Of a DNA stretch of 64,000 nucleotides, positions 50,601-64,000 are shown piece after piece. The stretch is taken from the NCBI GenBank assembly GCA_038496445.1, contig JALMLS010000455.1:186001-250000 (forward strand), read 5' to 3'. The stretch comes from Trichosphaerium sp. ATCC 40318. Its lineage: Eukaryota > Protista > Tubulinea. The notes below the pieces were generated by a model that saw only the letters and a program-made list of their open reading frames with translations, was not told the DNA's origin and searched no databases. Positions within the stretch are counted from its first letter, which is position 1. Each line of letters opens with the position of its first letter. Both the position numbers and the translations under genes were made by a program.

Positions 50601-51333
50601 TTTTTATTTTGTAAAACCCAAAGCGTGTTATTTTTGAGCGCTATAGCGACCCAAGTGAAGCAAACACGCTAAACCGCGGAAATTTAAAAAACCAAATCGG
50701 TTTACGCTCAAATTACTGCCACTGTCTAAAATCCACCATAATCGGTGCTATGGCATGATTTATAAGCAATGGTAACCTTTTTTGCACCAGGTTTTACGCC
50801 GTTAAACTAAATTTAGCCGGGAAAATAAAATGACACTACAGTTAGAAATGAAGAGTGTAGTTGAACAACTTTTCGCAATAAAAGTCCTTTACTGACGAGA
50901 TAATTTACGGGCAAATTGCAGTTGTCATAATAACGTACGGTACATGCGCATCTACCATTAGAGCGATATGTAGCGAGTAATCAGGTTGAAATGAATAAAT
51001 TTGAGTGGAAAACAATTGTAAGCGATTAAAACGTGATCTTATTTATCTCCGACGTGAAGAGAGGCTACCAACGTCTTTGTTTGATCGTTTTAGATTTTTT
51101 ATTGACTTTTTTGCTCAAATCAGTTTAAAAAACCCACAAAACCATATAAGTACTGCGCACGTGACCACAAGGTCGATGGTGTAAACAACCAACCAAGAAT
51201 TCAACGGCCTATTCACGCACATTTAAAATCTAAAATCCTTCACGGAGATGTTGAAGTAAACATCCATTCCTCCGGCGAAGCAACAAAGCATGTTCGGGTT
51301 TTTTCTAGACAGTCGGTTTAAATATCTTTTTGA

Positions 51334-53183
51334 TCATTGAACCAATCTTTGGCACTCTTTTTCAAAGGCCCTTGTATTGCTTTCCAGTTAGCTCCCCTAT
51401 GGGTGTTGTTAAGAGCGATTTTTGAGTCAAAGATTACAATGATTAATCCATTTAAATACTCACTTTGGTTCAAGAAATGACTTCATCTCTTCGTTCAATT
51501 TAATATCCTCGTTCACTGCTCTCATGAACACAGCCAAATTCTTCTTGTAAAATTCTTCAATCCCAGCTTCAGTGCACAGTCTAACGAAGCGTTAAAACTA
51601 ATAGTAATAACACTAGAATGTCATCCATTCCGAGTGTCAATCAAAAAGTTATTTTAGATAATGAGTTGCTAACTCCCTTAACTCTTTTTTTTTTTGTTTT
51701 AAATGCACAATGTAATACGTACTTTGAAAAGTATTCTTCAACACTAAATTTATCCATAAATTCCTTTACCTCCTCCTTAGAAAGCTTAGAATTAAGTTTA
51801 TCATATTTTTTCTGTTTCGGCTTATTTCTTGTTAAGATTACTTCCCAATCTCCCTCTTTCATTGTTTGTGTACCATATAAGGTAATCTCAAACCTTACAA
51901 GCTGCTTCATAAACCTAACAAAAATAGTAAACAAAAGTTATCAATGGTACAAAAAGTCTCATAATAAAAACAACTTACCCATCATTTGGTTGAATTAAAG
52001 GTCGACATTTTTTGACATGATCAAAAGCTTCTCTCATTGTCATTTTATGACACTTCATTAAATAAGCAATGACCATAGAGGCAGACCTAGATTTTCCTAT
52101 AACACTAAAGACCATTAAGAAACTAAAAATGAAAATAGGCTTTATAAACTTACCAATGAACTAGTATATTTTGTTTATCTTCCAAGGCGCCATTTATAAA
52201 TTTGAATCCAGGTTCAAAAGACTCCAATATATCTTCTTCGATATCATCATCCAAGAAACCATTGTAATATTTAAAAGCTTTTGTATGGATATTAGGCCAA
52301 TCCTATTATTATATAAACAACAGAGACATGAACAACTAAAAAAAAGCCAAAAAAAGTTGTGTGGATAAAGAATTCTCAAAACTTTCGAACCTTTGCACAG
52401 TTGAATATATGAGTTATTTTCTGGGCTTCTAGACTCATCCTGTCACCAGCCTAACATATAATTTCGTTACTCTAGGTATCTCCAAAACCATAAAATGTTA
52501 TTGTACTAAAGCGTAAATGTAAAAAAAAAAATTTAGACTCACGTCTACACCACTGCCCAAATATAAACCAGGGAGTATTTCTGATATGCCAACTGGAATA
52601 TTACTTCGTTTATTGCCGTACACCTTGCCCTGGGAGTTCTGAAAAGGCAATTAAAATAGACACCAAGTGTCAACATTTCTAACGTACGGCTGGGTGCCCA
52701 GGTCGTGTAGGAGCACGTAGCAAGCGAATAACGCGCTTTTCGTGTTCTCCTAATTAAAATGTCAAGCTGACAATTGCCAATTTCGATTATGTACCAGAGC
52801 TCTTAGATGAGAAACCCATGCGTGAACTTTGAGAGTGTACAAATGCGCGATGACCTTTTTGCAACGCAGCAGGGAACAAATACGTCTCCTCCTTGTTATC
52901 TCTAAACTCTATAAGGCGCTCCCATATCCATTGGTATAATGCTACGCTACAAATTAGTTTATTTGTCTCAAACGCTAACAGGCGCAATATATGACGTTTT
53001 GAGAGCGTAGGTGCATGTTTACACAAAATAAGCGAATAATTTACAGTTACGCACTAAAGCGCTCTTTATTGTATCAAAGCGCCTTTACAACTGTTTCAAC
53101 AGTATCGTGAGGAAGAAAAACTTAGTTGTAGCATACGGACCTTTATTATCTGTTGGTATTGGTTCAACGTTATTTTCGCTCAT
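51334..53183 (-). CDS. Dual-specificity protein phosphatase
   Basis: ISEILPGLYLGS, ITHIFNCA, ILVHC|VIGKSRSASMVIAYLM (HCx5R), CRPLIQPNDGFMKQL. The 3' end is approximate. Confidence 0.85.
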
Positions 53184-53307
53184 AGTTTGATTGGAAACAC
53201 AATTGTAACTGAACGACTTTGGCTGTTACAACTCACACGACTTTGGTGGTCAATATTGGAGCGTTCGTTTGTTCCCAACTTTTTCTGCTGGCATACAACA
53301 AATCACC

Positions 53308-56300
53308 ATGGAGCAACCACCAAGAGGTTTTTAAGCGTTTATTTATGTAAAATATTAATCTCTGTACAGATATGTTCAAAGAGCTCTCTAAAATCCTAGA
53401 TGAGCGCGTAATGATCATTGATGGTGCCATGGGCACTCAAATTCAATCCTTCAGACTCAGTGATGAAGACTACATCGGTATGCTTTGTACAATTAATTAC
53501 AAACGCTCCAGAACTCCTAGATGTGTATTTTACGCACTAAAGTAACACTAGCCTTTCTACGTTCTTAATTTGTGAAATAGGTCAATTCGAAGGACACTCA
53601 AGGGATTTGAAGGGTAACAACGAGATCCTTACACTAACACGACCACACATTATTCACAAAATTCACTTGGTTAGTAAAGTACTTGAAATTGTCTAAAATT
53701 TACGCCATGTAGCAATACCTTGAAGCTGGCGCTGATATTGTTGAAACTAACACATTTGGAGCTAACTCTATTGCTCAAGCCGATTATGCTATGGAGCACC
53801 TCGTACGTCACTCAAATATGTTTTCTAAGCGTAATTTGCCTTTCAAAACGGGTTCCCATTCTTACTAAAATGATCGCTCGGAAACCTATTACTTTATAAT
53901 ACAACTTCATTACTATGGCTATACTCAACGCCGTAAAAAAAAATACGCGCCGTAGAAACCGGCCAAAAACGCCGGCCAGTTTCCGTTTTGGAAAAGTTGT
54001 TTTTCTTGATTTTTTTCTTACACGTTATATAAAACAGGCGTACAAGCTCAATGTTGAATCAGCACAACTCGCACGTAAAGCTTGTGATGAAATCACTGCA
54101 AGGGACCCATCACGCCCCAGATTCGTTGCTGGCGCAGTAGGTCCTACAAATAAAACAGCTTCAATCTCTCCTAAAGTTGAACAACCTGAATTTCGTAATG
54201 TCAGTACGTACAAGAGCGCTGTTTGAAGCCTTTTCGAGCCTTCAATTAATCTAATTTTTTCCTTTCTTCTTTAGCTTTTGAAGAGCTTGTCGAAACTTAT
54301 ACAGAACAAATGCATGGTCTTCTAGATGGTGGTGTAGATTTATTCCTCATTGAAACCGTTTTTGACACATTGAACTGTAAAGCGGCTATATATGCTGCCC
54401 TAGAGGTTCTAGAAGAAGAGAAATATAAACACCTAAAGGTGAGGTTCTACGCTTACATTTTGTTTTACAAAATGAAGTCATTGTTTTTTTTCTGATAATT
54501 TTTAAAGGTTCCTTTGATGATTTCTGGTACTATCGTTGACAGATCTGGCCGTACATTATCTGGTCAAACAACAGAAGCTTTCCTTACATCTATTGAGCAA
54601 GCAAAACCATTTGCTGTTGGTTTGAATTGTGCTCTTGGAGGTACACTATTTTTTTTATTTCTCCCTTGTTTTTTCTTTTCGTTCTTTTGGACTTATTTGC
54701 TTCTTTAGCTGATTTGATGAGACCTTTTATTGCTCGTGTCGCTAATGCAAGTTGTTATACACTCGCTTACCCAAATGCTGGTTTACCAAACGCTTTGGGT
54801 GGTTACGATCAGAGCCCAGAAATGATGGCTCCTCAGGTCAAAGATTTTGCTGAATCTGGATTTGTAAACTTGCTAGGTGGATGCTGTGGTACTACACCAG
54901 CACATATCAAGGTACTAGAGACGTTTTTATTAACTTAAACGAGATTAATTAGCCAATTATTGTTTTGTTAACTATTTCTTTGCAAAGGCCATTGCAGATT
55001 CTGTAGTTGGTGTTGTACCAAGAAAACCACAACCAGCAAGCGATTTATTAACTCTCTCTGGACTTGAACCACTAGTCTTTACAAAAGATATGAACTTTGT
55101 CAATATTGGCGAACGTTGCAATGTCACTGGTTCTAGACGCTTTTCTAAACTTATTGTTGCTGAAAAATATGAAAGAGCACTTGCTGTAGCAACCAAGCAA
55201 GTAGAGAACGGTGAGTAGACGAATTTTTTTTTCTCGTCCTACGTTGACAGTAGAGCTAATATTTATTGTAGGCGCTCAAATACTCGATATTAATGTCGAT
55301 GAGGGTATGCTTGACTCTCCAGCTGTTATGAGTAAATTTCTCCGTTTACTCGCTTCTGATCCAAAAGTATCACGTCTACCTCTTATGATTGATTCATCTA
55401 ACTGGGATGTTATTATTGCTGGTATGAAAGTAGCTCAAGGAAAATGTATTGTCAACAGTATCAGGTAACTCTTATTTTCTGCATAAAACCACTGACTGTT
55501 GTTGGGTAGTTTGAAAGCTGGTGAAGATGACTTTATTGCAAAGGGTAAAGAAATTTTGAAGTATGGTGGTGCAGTTACTGTTATGGCTTTTGACGAAGTA
55601 AGCATCATGAATTGAGTACTAAGTGTTTAATTAAACTTTTTTCTTCAAGGTTGGTCAAGCTGTTGAAGTAGACAGAAAAGTTGCTATTTGTCACCGCTCT
55701 TACAAGCTATTGACAGCTATTGGTTTCAAACCACAAGATATTATCTTTGATTTGAATATCCTAACAATATGTACCGGTATTGGTACGTATCTTGATGCCA
55801 ATTGCTTTTAAAAGAGCAAACAGCTCATTACAACCCGAAAAAAGTGCTTTTTGGTAAAATACTAACTTTTTTGTAGAGGAGCATAACCCTTATGCACTCA
55901 ACTTCCTTGAGGCTATTAAAAAGGTAAAAGAGTTGATGCCACTCGTACACATTAGCGGAGGTGTTTCAAATCTTTCATTCTCTTTCAGAGGTTTCAGTTA
56001 CTTGCGTGAATGCATGCACAGTGTCTTTTTGGTACGCATAGTCAACCCACAATGAGCTTTAAAAGCAAAGCGTCCGGAATGTTTTTTTTTTTTGAAGATG
56101 TTTGTTCTAATACTGTTGTTAGTATCACGCTAGTAAATATGGTATGGATATGGGTATTGTAAATGCTGGTGTTTTACCAAACTACGATAAAATTGACAAA
56201 AAGCTTTTGGCTATCATTGAAGACGCCATTTTCAATCGTGATCCAAACTCCACAGAGAGGCTACTCGAATTTGTACGTATTACATTTCTAGGAGATCCTG

Positions 56301-58637
56301 GAGGATGTGGGAGTGGAATACTAAGTGATTTGTTGTAGGCAACAGCAACAAAAGGTAGAAAAAACAAAAAAGAGAAAAAAGTTGATGAGTGGAGAAGTCT
56401 CCCAGTAAAAGAGCGCTTAGCGCACTCCCTTGTTGAGGGTATTCATAAATACATTGAAGCTGATACAGAAGAAGCAAGACTTCTAGTATGTAACCGGTGT
56501 TTTTTTTCGTTGTTTTCTAATGGTTGTTTTTTCTTAAGCTTAAAGTACCACTCAAAGTCATTGAAGGTCCATTGATGGATGGTATGACTATTGTCGGTGA
56601 TTTATTCGGATCTGGAAAGATGTTTTTGCCTCAAGTCATTAAGAGCGCTCGTGTCATGAAAAAGGCTGTAGCACATTTGATTCCATTCTTGGAGGAAGAA
56701 AAAGCTAAAAACGGTACAAGTGGTACAGATGATGACTCTCAGTACGCTGGAAAGGTATGTAGCAGTAAATGAGGTTTAAAATTACGTCTAACAAGCGCTA
56801 CAGATCTTGCTGGCTACTGTCAAAGGTGATGTACACGACATTGGTAAAAATATCGTGGGCGTCGTTTTGGGTTGTAACAACTACAAAGTTATCGACCTTG
56901 GTGTCATGACACCTTGTCATGAAATCCTTGAAGCAGCTCAAAGAGAGAATGTTGATATTATTGGTCTTTCTGGCTTAATCACACCTTCTCTTGATGAAAT
57001 GTGTTTTGTAGCTAAAGAGATGGAACGTATGGGTATGAAGATGCCACTATTGATTGGTGGAGCTACTACTTCCAGAATCCACACAGCAGTTAAGATCTCA
57101 CCTAATATAACTACTCCTTGTGTTCATGTTGTCGATGCATCAAGAGCTGTTGTTGTAGCAGGAAACTTGTTGGATCAAGATGAAGAAACCCGTGAAGAGT
57201 ATATTGAAGATGTTAGTATGACTTACGAGGAGTTACGCGAAGAACATTACGCTAGCTTGAAAGATAGAAAGTACCTCACTTTGGCTAAAGCCCGAAGTAA
57301 GTGTTTGAAGCTTAAATGGAGCCAAGAAATGCTTCCTACAAAGCCTAATATGCTTGGTGTACAAGTATTTGACGTACGCGTAGATAGAAGAGAAGAAAAA
57401 GTTTGAATTTAGTGACTTATTGACTGACTTTTTTTTAGGACTTTTCTTTCGAAGAATTGTTACCTGCTATTGACTGGAACCCTTTCTTCCAAGTTTGGGC
57501 TTTACGTGGTAAATACCCTAACAGAAACTACCCAAAGATCTTTAATGATCCTGGTGTTGGTGCTGAAGCTAAGAAAGTATTCGATGAAGCTCAAGTATTA
57601 CTCAAACGTATTATTTCTGAAAAGAGGTTGACTGCTAAGGGTATTGTTGGTATTTTCCCTGCTAACTCTGATGGTGATGATATCATTGTCTGGAAGGATG
57701 AAAAACGACAGTACGCAACATAAACAAGCACTCTACAAAAACCTGTTTTTCCTCATTTTTCTTTTTTGTAGAGAACCACGCGCACGTCTGTTTGGTCTAA
57801 GACAACAATCACAAAAGGAAACTGATCACCCTTACCTTTCTTTTGGCGATTTCATTGCACCTGTAGAGACAGAACTTAAAGATTACATTGGCATGTTCGC
57901 TGTATCTTCTGGATTCGGTTGTGAGGAATTTGTAAAAGAATTCCAAGATGATAACGATGACTACAACGCAATTATGGCAAAGGCCTTGGGTACGTAGAAG
58001 AAAATGGAAAACACGCTACGCGTGAATGTTTTGTTTAAAAAAATCATTACTTACTCCTTTACTAGCTGATCGTCTTGCTGAAGCATTTGCTGAAGTATTG
58101 CACGCTAAAGTAAGGCGTGAAATTTGGGGATACGCAAGGAACGAAGCTTTATCTGTAGAAGACTTCCTGAAGGTTAAATACCAAGGTATTAGACCTGCTC
58201 CTGGTTACCCTTCACAACCTGATCATACTGAAAAATTGACTATGTGGGACTTGATGAATGTTGAAGAAAAGACTGGCATCGTGTACGTTTTCACGTTTAT
58301 TTTTTGATTACAGCGGCTGTTGTTGCTTTATGAGTCTTTTTGTTAACCTAGATGCTAACTTTATTTGTAGTCTTACTGATCACTTGGCAATGAACCCAGC
58401 TGCTTCAGTATGTGGTCTATATTTTGCTAATGCAAAGAGCCACTACTTTGCTGTCGGTAAAGTACAAAAAGACCAAGTGCGTAAAACTATTCTAATTTCT
58501 AGTTTTTTTTCTCTATTACCCGTACTTGCTTTGTACTTATACTTTTTTTCCAGGTTGAGGATTATTCACGCAGAAAGGGCATGGATGTTGCAGAATGTGA
58601 AAAATGGCTTTCTTCTCAGCTCGCCTATGAGCCATAG
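53308..58637 (+). CDS. MTR: Cobalamin-dependent methionine synthase
   Basis: [27 protein letters not shown]12 motif [13 protein letters not shown]...SGLITPS...[26 protein letters not shown]. Confidence 0.97.
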
Positions 58638-58914
58638 ATGATAATTTTTAAAGGCATTTAAATCATTTACGTTATAATAATTTTTGAGCTCTGTGTTTGG
58701 GTGTAGAACACGAAAGTTTTTGAAAAAATAAAAGGATCTTGTACAAAAATCGTCTTGCTATTTTGCTTTGCACATGGATCCTGTTTATACCCGGTGCTTA
58801 AAGACGTTAAGTCAGGTTATCAGCCGAAAATTTCTGCGTTTTTCGTCTAAACATAGTTAGCAAGAGAATATTTTCAAGCAACGCTCACACTCTCGAGGCG
58901 CAAACGAACCTACC

Positions 58915-61465
58915 ATGTCATCGGATACAGAGGTATTAAAAGAACGTAGCGCTTGTACTGACTGTAATAGCTTCCAGAATACAAATGTAGCCGTCCTGCT
59001 ATGTTATTACCCATCTTACAAAATAACACCGACACAAGTACGTTACAATTAACCACAAGGAACTTAGTACGTGTTAAATCTCTTCAGATGTAGTGCATAA
59101 GCGCTCAGGGTCGCACGGTGAGCTTACTTTAGTAACCTTTACCCTTCGAACGTTGTTTTGGCGTCCTCATGACGACTCATGGATAAAAGCAAACTACAGG
59201 CGTTTTGGTCGCGGAGGGAAAATCCCTTTTGACAAGATAGAGTACGTAAAATACTTTACCACGTGATATTGCTATTGGCAATGTTTCACCGAAAGTAATT
59301 TTGATTAGTTTTGACGACAACGAATCGAGTATGGGCTACAAACGAGTTAAGAAAGTGTTGTATACTCCAACACCAGTCACAGATATGAACGAAGTAGTTA
59401 AGCATCTTGAGGTCCTACAACACGCTTCAGAGGTTGATAAAATGGTACTCATTGGTTCAAGAGCTGTCAATCATCACATGGAAGATATTGCTGTAATAGC
59501 ACCAGATGTACGCAACCTCACAACTGTATGACCTTGGATTTGTTTTCTAAGTTATTCATTAGACTGATTGGGATATCATCTCTTCACCACGTGCACTGTT
59601 GTCTTTTTTAAAGGAGCACAAAGACCTCATTAAAAAACTTGAACTCTTTACTGAGAAAGGGACTTTTCTTCATTGTGTAATAACTCATCCACTCTACCCT
59701 GAGGATGAGTTAAAGTGTGACTTTGAGGTAACTGAAAGAAAAAATGACTCAGCAAATATGATACTGGAACTATCAAAGAGTGAAGTGTCCGGACAAATAA
59801 CTTTCCCTTCAAGTCGTATTCTCACTGTAGCACCTTGGGCAGTGCTTCTCTCTATATGCCGTTCACACCTTAAATTCTCCATTAAATGGCAAAAGCACGT
59901 GCGAAGGTATCATTGCATGAAGAATGCAAGAAAAGAGGATAATGATGATGCAGACAAAAATAAGCTCATGCGGATGTTTGAAACGCGCCTTAGAGAATCA
60001 CTGAGTATTCATCATGACAACATAAAATTGAGTGACTTAAACATGTACGGAAAGAAATTGAAACAATCAGAAATGAGAAGAAACAACTAATGGATTTTTT
60101 TCTTGTTTTTTCTATTTATAGTGCTTTAACATACTGTCTTAGGATCCCTTTGAGTATTCTTGTTTGTGAAGAAGATATAAACGACTTTAAAGTATTGGTA
60201 GATGTTCCAGAAGAAGATAACTTTCTTAAGAAGAACTGGCTTTGTATGCTAGTTACTACACAACAAAGATTCAAAGCTGCAAGTTTCCTGATTAAATATA
60301 TACAAACGTCACATCCAGTGCTTAAAGACTGCAGTAAGGAAAAAGCTATAGAATGGCTAGTAACGTATGTATCTAAACACGTAAAAGTAAAGTGCTTAAT
60401 AATTGTTAAGGTGTGGACCTGCTGAGTGGATAAGCGACTTTTTAATTGATTCTTTCATGGATATTATAAACGAGAAAACATACAAGGAAGAAAAACAAGT
60501 CACCCCTATTTCTTTAGAGAATGTTGATGTAGAGCTATTCTCAAACCTTCCAACAGAGTTAAATATTGCTATACTATCGTGGATACCTGTTAATATCCAT
60601 GACACTACTGTAAAGTACGTCTGCAAAGCATGGATGGCGCTTTCCTCAGAAGATAAAGTTTGGCAGTTGATAGCAAGAACAAAGTCTTCAAATACTACTC
60701 TGGTAGTATCAAGTGGTTGTTGGAAGCTTCTTTGCAGATACAAAGAAGTAATACCTGTTGATAAACAAAGCCAAAAGAGCTTTGATCATACAGTATCCAT
60801 ACAAACCTTTGACTTGATAAAAATGTTCAACACTGCCAAATCATGGATGACAGTTGCTTTTCGTTTTGCTGACTTGAAACCTTTGCCGTTCGAATCATTG
60901 AAACGGTTTCATGTTGTCATCAAGTCATTGTTCATAGATAATGATGGTAGTTACATGTTTTATTTACCTGAAAGAAACCAAGGTGATCCTTTGAAGATGA
61001 CGATAAGTATGAGAAGTGGTGAGTATGGTTCAAGGTATAGCTATCATAGAAAATTGGTTACAGTTTCGACAGATTTTGGGTTTTCAACTAGTTTTGATGG
61101 CGCTGGTATTTGTAGCAGGGAATATAGCTATTCTACTTTGCTTTCAACTGAAATTGGTACAAAGATATGGTCAAAGGTACAACACAATGATTTCAAGAAA
61201 ACCATCTTGTTCCGCTCTTTTTCATTGATTCTATTTTTTTTTTGAACCTATGCGAAGTACCTACTCATTAGCTTTTATGTGTATCATGTATTGGTTTTTT
61301 TTTCGTTTTCTTGTTCTCTCTTTCTTGTTTACTGTGTTGTTAACTTTTTTGACATAGGAGGTTATTCCAATTTTACAGATTCCAAACTGTCTGTTGATAT
61401 CATTAGTTATAAGTACAATGGAAGATAGTGCATCATTTCTTACACATGTAAAAAGCATGCTTTAA
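58915..61465 (+). CDS. Nucleotidyltransferase-like domain plus F-box protein
   Basis: VLIGSRA...PD|TDWDII, then ICRSHLKFSIKWQKHVRRY; F-box FSNLPTELNIAILSWIP...VCKAW (~60540-60635). Spliced. Confidence 0.6.
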
Positions 61466-61584
61466 AATTATTGTACCAAATTTGAAATAAATCACGTGTA
61501 GCTTTCCTAAATACACCAGATTTAGAAAACAACTAAAAATACAAAAATCATAAGACTATCTTTATTCGGGTACTTCAAACATTT

Positions 61585-62719
61585 CTACATGTGCGCCTTT
61601 GTTACTCTGATACATTCATCTGTCACTTTAACCATGTTGCTAAGTTTTATTTTACGAACACCTTTAAGAGCAGCAATACCTTCATCTGTCACGTTTTTAA
61701 GATGTGCAAGTATGATAGTATGTACACCACAAAGAGCAGCAATGCCTACATCTGTAACTTTACTCAATGCCTCAAGATGTATTGTGTGAACACCTGCCAA
61801 AGCACTTATCCCATCATCTGTTATACGGTTACGCAAAGCCATTGAAAACAAATAAATCATTTGAACACCAGCAAGTGATTTAAGCCCTTCATCTGTCACT
61901 GAAGTTTCTCCAAGGCAAATTGTATGAACACCTGATAGGTGTTTAACACCTTTATCTGTAACTTGACGACAAGCATGAAGACTTATTGTGTGAATACCTG
62001 AAAATGACTCAAGATCTTCATCTCGAATATTTGTGTAACATAACTCAATTGAATGTACACCAGAGAGTACTCTAAAGCATACAGGATCAAGATAAGTGCA
62101 ATGTTGTAATGACACTTCATGAACACCTGCAAGTGCTTTAAGACCCTCACCTGTTATTCCCTTACATAAGGTAAGGCTTATTTTATGTACTCCAACAAGT
62201 GCTTGTAGTGTAGAATCATCAATAACAAGGAAGCTAAGATCTATTGTATGTAATCCATCCAAGTGTGCTAGATATTCACCACCAAGAGTTGTACTATCCA
62301 AGATATGAGGAAGGTAAGAAAGGTCAATATTTTTAACACCAGATAGTTTGATGAGATGCTCCTCTTCTTCTAATTTATACACTATCTTTGTATGTCTTAG
62401 AACACCCTTGTATTGTGATATCTTTTCAGCGTGGGACGGCTTTGTTATGGCGGCTTTGATGTAACCGATATTGTGATGAATAATGTCTGATAATAGATGA
62501 TTTATTGGTGATAACTTGTATCTAATGTCATCTCGAGAGGTTTGAGCAATAAGCGTTAATAGTTCGATCGGAAGGTCCAATATATTGTTACATATAGCGC
62601 TTCTATTAGTAGAAGGACTCTGTATACGTTTTGGTACGTTATATTGTCGCTTTTTGCTACTACAAGTAAATTGCGTTTAGTTTAGTTGTAGCTATCGCCA
62701 AGACGCACCAGTGTTCCAT
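61585..62719 (-). CDS. F-box/LRR protein (AMN1-like Cys-containing LRR)
   Basis: ILDLPIELLTLIA F-box; LRRs such as GVHTICLGETSVTDEGLKSL. A short first exon (MEHC) is inferred. Confidence 0.8.
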
Positions 62720-62865
62720 CCTTGGTTAACAGTTGGCGACAAATGTAAAGTCAATAGAAGTATGTTGACTTTGGAAATGATCCTTTTGTACAGTTGTCAA
62801 TATCAGACAGTAGCTATTTATTTTGTAGTTTGCAGAAGCTATCAACAACATCATACGTTTGATCA

Positions 62866-64000
62866 TCAGCAGTAAATGTTTCCAAATTGGAAAAAAGTGC
62901 AAAGAGGTTGTATTGTAGTGCCTTTGATTCCATTTCGTAAGCCACCTGTAGAGTGCTCTTGTAGTGCCTTCTTACACCTTGTATTTACTATCGCACAACC
63001 ATCTTTGTGGTAGCATTTATAATATATATAGTATAGTTGTATTCGTAACAACAACAAAGTGCTATCAACTTTTTTTTTCACTTCATACTAAGTTTATTTA
63101 CATTTTACAATAGTTTTTTTGATTTAAATCGTGTCTTGTCTACCACCTAGAGGCCAACAAAGTTGAACACGTAATAACCTAAATTCACCGCCAGATATTT
63201 GATTTTTATAAAGTCTTGCCATTGTTTTCAAAGTACCCCATCTAATAATAAAGTTCGTAAACCAAAAAAACTCAAAACAACAAAAAAAAAATCATCAACA
63301 TCTATAGATAGTCGTTACCTGATATGATGTGTAGGATTCTCAAATGTCGGTGGTGCTTTACGTATATTTATATTATCCAGTAAATCTTGTCTACACATCA
63401 TCACACGCATCTTTTGTACTCTAAAAAAAAGCTATGTTAGAATCATGATAGAGTGTCACTTTTTCTTATTGTGACAGATTGCGAACCTTACATCTTCAGC
63501 TTGTTCAAATGTTAAGCCGAAATAATACCACTCTGTTTTACATGGAACACCCATATCCCTTGCAAGAAAGCCAGATCCATAAGACTAAAATAAAACGAAA
63601 ATAAGCAATTAATTAACTAGCACGTTTCTTCTCAAAAAAAACCAGATAAGCTAAGGTAAAACTGATTTTGCAAGGCAAAAGGGTATTGCTAGATTATTGT
63701 ATTCGTACCTCTGAGATAGCATTTAGTATTGAGTTCAGAACTTGCCATAAATCATCCTTATCTTCCATCTGAATAAACGGATCTTCTCTTGTTGTTTTTG
63801 AACTGCCTATGAGAACCTCCCTAAAGAACAAACAACCTTATTAATAATCCACATATCTACGTCACTATCAACCCACTGTCTGGGCGACGAGAATAAAAAA
63901 AAAAAAGAACCAAGCCTTTTTTGTACAGAGTGCTTTTAGTTCTTTTAATCATTACCTTACTGCTGTAGAGTTTGGTAGTATGGTATAAATATCACGCTCC
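62866..64000 (-). CDS. Hypothetical spliced protein, 5'-partial
   Basis: Exon-like segments bounded by GT-AG (GSHRQFKTTREDPFIQMED..., SYGSGFLARDMGVPCKTEWYYFG...). No family recognised. Confidence 0.45.

Noticed and set aside
1-64000. Genome-wide stop-codon reassignment suggested by the CUA tRNA and fragmented ORFs
   Set aside because: Fragmentation is explained by short introns. The conserved exons I translated had no in-frame stops, and TAG ends genes at their expected C-termini.

Overview
AT-rich, gene-dense eukaryotic DNA from a protist, possibly amoebozoan-like (inferred). It carries about 23 protein genes, most split by short GT-AG introns. The standard genetic code is used: TAG, TAA and TGA all terminate conserved genes. 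Housekeeping genes are two crotonase-family enzymes, insulysin, DDX59, prohibitin, IWS1, a RhoGAP, Nma111/Deg7 protease, an SRP54-like protein, PPIL2, a Rab7-like GTPase, a dual-specificity phosphatase and B12-dependent methionine synthase. The most striking non-coding locus is at about 40500-40765. There a circularly permuted tRNA (3' half with anticodon CCA first, 5' half last, flanks joined by a perfect 10-bp helix) encloses a complete second tRNA with an amber CUA anticodon. The most striking protein gene (23555-30161) is a Roco-type protein: about 27 near-identical MORN repeats, Roc GTPase-COR, a PARP-like H-Y-E ADP-ribosyltransferase and a pseudo-receiver domain. Also present are a U12-type minor intron in an LRR surface-protein gene, an intronic tRNA-Asp with a defective acceptor end, and a phage-like nucleotidyltransferase fused to an F-box. 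Exon boundaries were inferred by eye, so gene ends may be slightly off.
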